Of a stretch of DNA of 32,000 bases, positions 25,742-32,000 are shown piece by piece; the stretch's first letter is position 1, and each line of letters starts with the position of its first letter. The notes below the pieces were generated by a model. The model saw nothing but the letters and a program-made list of their open reading frames with translations. It made no database searches and was not told the origin of the DNA. The stretch comes from Opitutia bacterium KCR 482. Lineage in GTDB: Bacteria; Verrucomicrobiota; Verrucomicrobiia; Opitutales; Intestinicryptomonadaceae. The stretch spans positions 300,001 to 332,000 of the forward strand of contig CP149973.1 of the NCBI GenBank assembly GCA_029269845.2, given 5' to 3'. Position numbers and translations under genes: made by a program.

Positions 25742-27466
25742 CTACTGCGACTCGCGCCAGTCAATCAGGGTGGCCTGCGGGGTTTTGCGCTTGTTCCACC
25801 TGTTCCAGCCGAGTTTTACCGCCAAGTCAATCGGCTTGCCGACGGGCGGAAGCTTGCCGCCGCCCTTCCACGCCACCGCGCTAATCCAGCCGCCGTCGCC
25901 GAGCGGAATTTGGAAGCGGTAGTTTTGCGCCGCCCCGAAGACTTCCACGGGCTTCGTCAACACGATTTTCTTCAACGCGAAAGTCGGCTCGCGGTTGCCC
26001 TCGCCGTAGGGGTGCAGAAGTTCAAGCTCGTCGAGAAGCTCTATGCCGACGTCGGAGGAATCGAGGGTAAGGTTGATGTTGACGCTCGGCGAGAAGTCGA
26101 TGTCTTCGCCGTATTTTTTGATGATAGTTTCGGATAGTTTTTCCCTGAAAATATCAACACAGCCCTCCCTGACCGAAACGCCGACCGCCATGGGGTGTCC
26201 GCCCCAGCTGCCGAGAATGTCGCCGCACGGCGCAAGGCATTCGACCAAGTCGATTCCCGCAATGCTTCTGCCCGACCCCTTCGTGAAGCCCTCGTCCACT
26301 TCGCCGAAAACGATTACGGGCTTGTGGAATTCGCGGCTGAGTTTGCCCGCGATGATTCCGACAACCCCGGGGTGCCAGCTTGGGTCGTAGACTACGATGC
26401 ACGGATATTTGTCGAGCTGCCTGCCTTCGACCTGTTTCATTGCGTCCTCCAAGACGCCGCGCTCAATTTCCTGACGCTCCTTGTTGATGTCGTTGAGTTC
26501 GCACGCGGCGCGGTAGCATGTTGTGAAGTCGTCGCCCAAAAGCATTTCGAGCGGCAGGGACGCGTCAGCCAAGCGTCCGCTCGCGTTGATTCGCGGGCCG
26601 AGCTTGAACGAGATGTCAATCGGCGTGATGTCTTCGCCGAGGGCGATTCCGCTTGCCTGAATAAGAGCCTGAATGCCCGTGCGGCGCGTCGATTTCAGAC
26701 GCTTGATTCCGTAGCGCGACATTATGCGGTTTTCGTCCACGAGCGGCACGAGGTCGGCGACAGTTCCGAGCGCAACCAAATCGAGGTAGTCTTTCAGGTT
26801 GATTTCCCACGAGCGGCGGTCGTTGCGCTGGCGCATTTCCTTTATCAGTCCGTGCGCGAGCTTGAAGACAAGCCCCACGGTGCACAGCTGGCTCCACGGT
26901 GTCGCGCCGATATTGTGCACGTGCGGGTTTATGAGAATGTGGTCGTCTACGGAAACGTCCTTCGCCTGGTGGTGGTCTACGACAATCAAATCTATGCCCT
27001 TGTCGCGAATGTATTTGATTGCTTCGACCGCGTTTGTGCCGCAGTCGAGCGCAATCAGAAGCGACGGCTTGCCGTTCGAAAGCGCGCGTTCCAACGCCGC
27101 CTCGCTGAGCCCGTAGCCCTCCTCCATTCGGCGCGGAACGAAGTACGACGGCGACAGCCCGAAGTGGCGCAAAATGCCGACAAGAAGCGTTGTGCTTGTT
27201 ATGCCGTCTACGTCGTAGTCGCCGAAAACCAGAATGCTTTCCTTTTTCTCTATCGCCTCTATTATTCTGAGAACCGCTCGGCGCAGGTTCTTGACCCTGA
27301 ACGGGTCGTCCAAGTCGGCAAGTTTCGGGCGCATGAACATTTTTGCCCGCAGTAAGTCGCTGTACCCGCGTTGCAGAATGAGTGCGCCGAGAATCGGGCT
27401 AACGCCCAGATACGCGCCTAAATCTTCCGCCAGCTTTCTGTCGAAATTAACTTCGTTCCATTTCAT
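25742..27466 (-). CDS. recJ: single-stranded-DNA-specific 5'-3' exonuclease RecJ
   Basis: FGDYDVDGITS (motif I), LIVVDHHQ (DHH), KGSGRSI and GGHPMAVG (DHHA1). 574 aa. Confidence 0.95.
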   Translation of the reverse strand: MKWNEVNFDRKLAEDLGAYLGVSPILGALILQRGYSDLLRAKMFMRPKLADLDDPFRVKNLRRAVLRIIEAIEKKESILVFGDYDVDGITSTTLLVGILRHFGLSPSYFVPRRMEEGYGLSEAALERALSNGKPSLLIALDCGTNAVEAIKYIRDKGIDLIVVDHHQAKDVSVDDHILINPHVHNIGATPWSQLCTVGLVFKLAHGLIKEMRQRNDRRSWEINLKDYLDLVALGTVADLVPLVDENRIMSRYGIKRLKSTRRTGIQALIQASGIALGEDITPIDISFKLGPRINASGRLADASLPLEMLLGDDFTTCYRAACELNDINKERQEIERGVLEDAMKQVEGRQLDKYPCIVVYDPSWHPGVVGIIAGKLSREFHKPVIVFGEVDEGFTKGSGRSIAGIDLVECLAPCGDILGSWGGHPMAVGVSVREGCVDIFREKLSETIIKKYGEDIDFSPSVNINLTLDSSDVGIELLDELELLHPYGEGNREPTFALKKIVLTKPVEVFGAAQNYRFQIPLGDGGWISAVAWKGGGKLPPVGKPIDLAVKLGWNRWNKRKTPQATLIDWRESQ

Positions 27467-27743
27467 TGTTTTCTAAAATATACACGCGCCGATTTAAAAT
27501 CCATAAAATTTTTGCGGCGCACTCAATTTTGCGCGCGAAATTTTTTGCGACGCACGCGCGAAGTTTCCGCAATGCGCCGCTCCGCCGAAAAATCGGCAAA
27601 AAATCAACCGACGGCGCGGCTTAAAAAAACAGCCAAACGGGCGAAAAAGCATTCCGCAGGGAAAAGCCGCTGGGAAGTCCGCCGATAACGAAGAAGTCTC
27701 TCGGATTTTCTGCCGTTGCGGGGGTTTCGGCGGCGCACAAAAA

Positions 27744-27778
27744 CAAAAAAGCGAACCCTTTGCGGATTCGCTTTTTTG
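27744..27778 (-). terminator. intrinsic terminator after secDF (A-run and T-run on both sides)
   Basis: aaaaaagcgaaccc tttgc gggattcgctttttt-type hairpin. The internal mismatch becomes a G-U on the minus strand. Confidence 0.7.
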
Positions 27779-27798
27779 CGATTTTCGAGCCGTTCGGA

Positions 27799-30408
27799 CT
27801 ACGCTTCCCATTCCTTGGGCTTTGCGTTGTTGTCGTCGCGCTCCTTGTCGACGCGCGCGCGGCTTCCCTTGTTCCACCAATAGAACACGGGACTTGCGAT
27901 AAATATCGACGAGAACGTGCCGACCGCAACGCCCAGCATGAACACCAGCGAGAAGTCAACTATAATGCCCGTGGAGAACACGAACAGCGCGACCGAAACG
28001 CCGAATGTTGTCGCGCTTGTAAGCAATGTTCTAGACAGCGTGCGGTTGATTGAGAAGTTGATGATGTCGCGCAAAGTCATTGTCGGTTTCAGGACAAGCT
28101 CTTCGCGGATACGGTCGAAAATAACGATTTTGTCGTTGATTGAATAGCCCATGACCATCAGGATTGCCGCGACCATCGGGGCTGAAAACTGTCCCGAACC
28201 CACGCCGAGCAGACCGAAGATGACGTACAAGCCGATTGTCATGACTACGTCGTGCGCGGTTGCTACCAGCGCGCCGATACCGTAGCTGAATTCGAATCTT
28301 ACCGCTATGTACACGAGCATCGCCAAGAGCGAAAGGGCAACCGCGATGAATGCGTCGCGCGTGATTTCGCCGCTTACTGTAGCGCCCACGCTCTGCTGGG
28401 AAACGAGCTTCAAGTCCGCTTGCGGGAATTTATGCGAGAGCATGTCGAACACGCGCTGGCCCTTTTCGCTTTCGACCTGCAAGACGAGGCGTTCCGCCTT
28501 CGACGAAAGGTCGGTCTGGTACGCCGCCTGAATTTCTCCGATACCCGTGTCGCTTGTCGATTCGCTGAGTTTCGTGATTTCGCCAATCGGTATTTTGTGC
28601 GCTTCGTTGAACGACATTGTTACGATGTCGCCGCCCGTAAAGTCGATGCTCAGCGACTTGTCGCCGCGCGAAATTACCGTCGCGACGCCGATGAACACTA
28701 TCACCCACGACACTATAAACGAAGTCTTGGCGTGGTCGAGGAACTTGAATTTGAGGTCGTTTGAAATCAGCGAGCGCATGAGCGCGTTGCGGATTACCCC
28801 GTATTTTACGGAGAGTTCGAGCATTGCGCGGCTGAAAACGAGCACCGCAAACAGGGTCGTGAAAATACCGATTGCCAGTGTCACGCCGAAGCCCTTGACG
28901 GGACCCGTGCCGAATTTCCAAAGGATTATCGCCGAAATCAGGGTCGTGATGTTTGCGTCGACGATTGTCGAAAACGCCTTTTCGTAGCCCAGTTGCAGGC
29001 ACGTCCAAAGGCTCTTGCCGAGCTTCGCCTCTTCGCGCATACGCTCGAACACGAGAATGTTGGAGTCTACCGCCATGCCGACCGTAAGCACCAACGCCGC
29101 GATGCCCGGCAGCGTCATTGTCGCGCCGAAGCTTGCAAGCACGCCCACCAGAATCAGAATGTTGATGAACACCGAAACCACCGCGATAACGCCCATTCCG
29201 TAGTATACGAAAATCATGAACGCTATGATGAACGCCGTGCCGATTCCCGCCGCCAAGAACGAGCTGTCGCGAGCCTCCGACGCGAGCGAAGGCCCTACTT
29301 CGTTGAGCGACGTGCGCTTCAAGCCGACCGCCAGCGGGTTGTTGAGCGCGTTGGCAAGTTCGATTGCCTCGCGGCGCGTGAAGTTGCCCGTGATTGAGCC
29401 TCTGTCGCTGATGACGCTCTGAATGTGCGGCGCGCTCATCAGACGGCCGTCGAGAACGATTGCCAGCGACTGTTTTGTGCCCGTGTTGCGGTCGCCTTCA
29501 AGAATTTCCGTCGTGATTCTTTCGAAAACTTTTGCTCCCGACGGCGTAAATTCCATTGCAACGCTGAAACGGTTTGCGTCTTCCATTGCGGGATACGCGC
29601 GTTTGATGATGTCGCCCTTTGCCTCCGCGCGGCGGCGTACGAACATGGGTTCTTCGACGACTTTACCGAGGCGTTCGGTTTCCATAATCAGCACTTCGTA
29701 GCCCGCGGGAATTTCCGAGGGAAGCGGCTTCGCCGAGGACGGGCGCAGGTTGCGGTGGACGAGTCTGAATTCGAGCTTTGCGGGGCGCGAAAGTTCTTCG
29801 ATTGCTTCGGGATTGTCTTTGAGCGAAACGCCCGGCATCTGGACTTCGATTGCCTTGCCGCCGACGACGCGGATTGTGGGTTCGGTAATGCCCAAGCCGT
29901 TGATACGGTTGTTCATGACCGTCAAAACGTCGTCGAGCTGTCCCTTGCGTGTGAGTTCGTCGGAATTGAGGTTGGTGTCGTCGATTTCGAGCGTGAACGA
30001 CACGCCGCCCTGCAAGTCGAGACCCTTTTTGAGCGCGCCCTTGCTCTGGCGGTAGAGTTCCTTCAAAAGAATGTCGTTTTTCTTTTTGAGGACTTTTATG
30101 TCCGAAACGTTGATGTCGGAGAAATATTTGGAGAGGTCAAGCTCTTTTGCCTCGGCATAGTCGCGCAGAGCGATGTACAAAGTGGGCGACTTCGACTTGT
30201 CCGTCCTGTAATTGTTTGCGTCGACGCGCTTGCCCGCCTCTTCGAGAACCTGCGCAAATTCGGACTGATTTGCCGTCGCGCGGGTTTTAATGTAGTCTTC
30301 GAACGGAGTGTCGCCGAACGGGAACATGGACGATACCGCCCATATTACCACGAGTGCCGTGATGACGAGTTTCCATACTATTCCGCTGTTCGAGGTGTTT
30401 CCCGACAT
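27799..30408 (-). CDS. secDF: fused protein translocase subunit SecDF
   Basis: I chose the ATG at 30408 (MSGNTSNSG), giving 869 aa. GLDLQGGVSF is a SecD motif. There are two 6-TM blocks, the second SecF-like (SIDFTGGDIV, INDKIVIFDRIRE). Confidence 0.95.
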   Translation of the reverse strand: MSGNTSNSGIVWKLVITALVVIWAVSSMFPFGDTPFEDYIKTRATANQSEFAQVLEEAGKRVDANNYRTDKSKSPTLYIALRDYAEAKELDLSKYFSDINVSDIKVLKKKNDILLKELYRQSKGALKKGLDLQGGVSFTLEIDDTNLNSDELTRKGQLDDVLTVMNNRINGLGITEPTIRVVGGKAIEVQMPGVSLKDNPEAIEELSRPAKLEFRLVHRNLRPSSAKPLPSEIPAGYEVLIMETERLGKVVEEPMFVRRRAEAKGDIIKRAYPAMEDANRFSVAMEFTPSGAKVFERITTEILEGDRNTGTKQSLAIVLDGRLMSAPHIQSVISDRGSITGNFTRREAIELANALNNPLAVGLKRTSLNEVGPSLASEARDSSFLAAGIGTAFIIAFMIFVYYGMGVIAVVSVFINILILVGVLASFGATMTLPGIAALVLTVGMAVDSNILVFERMREEAKLGKSLWTCLQLGYEKAFSTIVDANITTLISAIILWKFGTGPVKGFGVTLAIGIFTTLFAVLVFSRAMLELSVKYGVIRNALMRSLISNDLKFKFLDHAKTSFIVSWVIVFIGVATVISRGDKSLSIDFTGGDIVTMSFNEAHKIPIGEITKLSESTSDTGIGEIQAAYQTDLSSKAERLVLQVESEKGQRVFDMLSHKFPQADLKLVSQQSVGATVSGEITRDAFIAVALSLLAMLVYIAVRFEFSYGIGALVATAHDVVMTIGLYVIFGLLGVGSGQFSAPMVAAILMVMGYSINDKIVIFDRIREELVLKPTMTLRDIINFSINRTLSRTLLTSATTFGVSVALFVFSTGIIVDFSLVFMLGVAVGTFSSIFIASPVFYWWNKGSRARVDKERDDNNAKPKEWEA

Positions 30409-30489
30409 ATTCGTATCTTTCCTGTATAGTTGTATATTATAAATATGCAAAACGCGCCCGCCTACGGGTGGACGCGTCGAGTTGAAAAT

Positions 30490-30840
30490 TTAGTTTTTGC
30501 GCTCTTCGGGAACTTCGTCGGGCGAATCCGCCTTGCTCTGGATTGCCGATTTGATGAATTCCACTTTGTTGTTGTCGCCCAAACGGACAATGAACGTCTT
30601 TTCCTTGACGTTTGCGATTGTGCCAATCATGCCGCCGATTGTGAGAATGCGGTCTCCCGTTTTGAGTTCCGAAAGCATTTTAGCGTGCGCCTTCTGGCGT
30701 TTGCGCTGGGGGGCAATCATCAAAAAGTACATTGCCGCGAACATGAGAACCACGAAAATGAGCATGGACGAACCGCCGCCCTGCTGCGCGTTTTCGGCGG
30801 GAGCAGCCGCCTGTGCGAAAAAGGATATAAAATTATTCAT
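30490..30840 (-). CDS. yajC: preprotein translocase subunit YajC
   Basis: Single TM helix, then YFLMIAPQRKRQKAH and GDRILTIGGMIGTI. 116 aa, immediately upstream of secDF. Confidence 0.9.
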   Translation of the reverse strand: MNNFISFFAQAAAPAENAQQGGGSSMLIFVVLMFAAMYFLMIAPQRKRQKAHAKMLSELKTGDRILTIGGMIGTIANVKEKTFIVRLGDNNKVEFIKSAIQSKADSPDEVPEERKN

Positions 30841-30870
30841 ACTGATACTTTCGATTTTTGGAAATTAAGC

Positions 30871-30899
30871 ATTAAATTCACACTCTTTCCGACTTGCAA
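30871..30899 (-). promoter_or_regulatory. candidate sigma70-type promoter for yajC-secDF
   Basis: Minus-sense TTGCAA (30899-30894), N17, TTTAAT (30876-30871), about 25 nt upstream of the yajC ATG. Confidence 0.35.
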
Positions 30900-30960
30900 G
30901 AAAAAAAGCTCTTTTTTTAAGCCCAATCGCCACTCAAAGGCGGAGCGCGGGTAGCGCGGA

Positions 30961-30991
30961 CAAAAAAGACGCCGACACGAAGTCGGCGTCC
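30961..30991 (-). terminator. intrinsic terminator after the RHH gene (minus strand)
   Basis: Minus-sense gacgccgac ttcgt gtcggcgtc, a perfect 9-bp stem, followed by T6. Confidence 0.85.
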
Positions 30992-31021
30992 AAGCGTCCA
31001 AAAATGAAAAAAACGATTAAA

Positions 31022-31219
31022 TTACTTAATCTTTTTCTTGGCTTCTGCAACCGTGAGCTGCTCTCTTGCCAAGTTCTGCAACGTGTTCGCGATGAAGTTC
31101 GAACGGTTGCGGTTGTCCATTTTTGCAAGCTCGTCAATCTGCTGGACGAGGCTTTCGGGGAGGCTGATCGAAATTTGAGTCATTCCAACCATTTTACCAG
31201 AACCTTTTTTGCGTGCCAT
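31022..31219 (-). CDS. small ribbon-helix-helix (CopG/Arc/MetJ-type) DNA-binding protein
   Basis: I chose the ATG at 31219 (MARKKGSGKMVGMTQISISLPESLVQQIDELAKMDNRNRSNFIANTLQNL). It follows the RHH pattern of a beta-strand (ISISLP), helix, and N-R-S-x-F-I helix. aaaaggaaaataac lies upstream of the ATG. Confidence 0.7.
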   Translation of the reverse strand: MARKKGSGKMVGMTQISISLPESLVQQIDELAKMDNRNRSNFIANTLQNLAREQLTVAEAKKKIK

Positions 31220-31565
31220 TGTTATTTTCCTTTTGGGTTTGTTTGATATTATAATTGTTAATTCCCTTGTCTTCCTCCGCCCGCTATCCGACGTTTCATT
31301 TTTATCGGACGGAACTTCGGTTGATTTAGAAATATACACTATATTCTCTATAACTAAACCGTATAATCAACGCGTTTTACATAATGTCAACTTTTTTTCG
31401 CCGTTTTTAGCTAAAAAGTCAAAATTCTTCGATTTTAACAATATGATATTCAATTGAATTCAACTCACCGCATTATATTTTAACGCCAAGCGTACTAATA
31501 GTTATGAACAAATAAATTTTTACAACATCCTAAATGCGATACACATAAGCAAAACAATCCGCACC
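31220..31565. other. abrupt AT-rich non-coding segment
   Basis: By eye about one-third G+C, against a clearly GC-rich window. It contains TATAAT (minus, 31253-31248), TTGACA-N18-TTATAC (minus, 31390-31385 / 31366-31361) and a 12-bp palindrome attcaattgaat (31448-31459). Confidence 0.8.
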
Positions 31566-31605
31566 AAAAAAACAAAAAGCGGATTCGCAGCAAGGGCGAA
31601 TCCGC
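31566..31605 (-). terminator. intrinsic terminator after the right-edge ORF (minus strand)
   Basis: Perfect 10-bp stem gcggattcgc / gcgaatccgc (31579-31605). On the minus strand it is followed by TTTTTGTTTTTTT. Confidence 0.8.
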
Positions 31606-31631
31606 CGGCGCAGGGGGTTGCGCCTACAAAA

Positions 31632-32000
31632 TCAACGCGGCATCAAATATCTGAAAAATATTTTACAATACGTCTCTTTGCCGATTGTGGCGAAAAGATA
31701 GTCATAGGGAATCATTCCCATCTCCGTCGCGTTTTTCGTGCTGCTGTTTGTGCTCTTCCAGTCGGCGAGCCTCTGCACGTTTTTGACGCGGGTTGTCGCC
31801 TTGCAAATGGCGTCGGCATAGGCGCGTTCCTTCGACTTCCCGAAGCCCGTTACCATTTCGGTTTCGAGAAACCACGTTTCGGGCATTTCGTCGGAATAGT
31901 TGAAGCGCACCATGCAGATGAATTTGGGAGAGTCGGAAACGAAAACCGAATCCTTGACCCTGAAATTCGCCTTGCGGCCGACGAATTTGCGGATAGCCTC
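31632..32000 (-). CDS. hypothetical protein, C-terminal part only (ORF open to the window edge)
   Basis: The frame stays open upstream of the listed Met through base 32000 (EAIRKFVGRKANFRVKDSVFVSDSPKFIC MVRFNYSDE...). It has its own terminator. I recognise no motif. Confidence 0.55.
   Translation of the reverse strand, partial: EAIRKFVGRKANFRVKDSVFVSDSPKFICMVRFNYSDEMPETWFLETEMVTGFGKSKERAYADAICKATTRVKNVQRLADWKSTNSSTKNATEMGMIPYDYLFATIGKETYCKIFFRYLMPR

Noticed and set aside
27494-27959. Two overlapping Arg-rich minus-strand ORFs (128 and 112 aa) upstream of recJ and across the secDF 3' end
   Set aside because: They show extreme Arg/Gln/Lys bias, overlap the secDF terminator and coding end, and have no start context. 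They are artefacts of GC-rich non-coding DNA.
31022-31339. Longer 105-aa version of the RHH ORF, and the idea that it is a toxin-antitoxin module
   Set aside because: The extension (MYISKSTEVPSDKNETSD...) lies in AT-rich DNA without RBS support, whereas the ATG at 31219 has an AAGGA-type context. No toxin-sized ORF is adjacent on either side, so a TA system cannot be supported.
31209-31457. 82-aa plus-strand ORF in the AT-rich segment
   Set aside because: It overlaps the RHH start, is Phe/Ile/Leu/Asn-rich as expected from random AT-rich DNA, and has no RBS or terminator.

Overview
GC-rich bacterial chromosomal segment, densely coding and mostly housekeeping. I support 24 protein-coding genes: prs (partial), two tandem HMGL-like/DRE-TIM aldolase paralogs, carA, rnhB, rnhC, a membrane-anchored coiled-coil protein, a 257-aa unknown, a DeoR regulator divergent from two secreted glycan-enzyme-like genes, gdhA, a lipoprotein amidase, a TAT-exported Gfo/Idh/MocA oxidoreductase, a PHP-domain protein, a SAM methyltransferase, hisA, a TM + helical-repeat + FGE/SUMF1-domain protein, hflX, a TAT metallophosphoesterase, a DMT/EamA-like transporter, recJ, secDF, yajC, a small ribbon-helix-helix protein and a partial unknown ORF at the right edge. 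About a dozen intrinsic terminators are readable directly. I found no tRNA, rRNA, CRISPR array, transposase or integrase. The gene content (TAT-signal Gfo/Idh/MocA, FGE-domain proteins, RNase HII plus HIII, fused SecDF) suggests a PVC-type lineage (Verrucomicrobiota, Lentisphaerota or Kiritimatiellota), but that is inference only. I do not see a clear multi-gene novel system such as a defence island. The most interesting items are: (1) a terminator/antiterminator leader or sRNA between carA and the aldolase pair; (2) a gene-conversion tract between the aldolase paralogs; (3) an 81-nt decayed copy of an internal recJ segment lying 9 kb from recJ; (4) exact 67-aa tandem repeats in the FGE-domain protein; (5) a DeoR-controlled secreted glycan locus with a signal-peptide WbsX/GH99-like protein; (6) an abrupt AT-rich segment with an orphan RHH gene and an unknown ORF at the right edge, possibly the start of an accessory region. 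The many long ORFs antisense to real genes are treated as codon-bias shadows. All product calls come from motifs read by eye; no database search was run.
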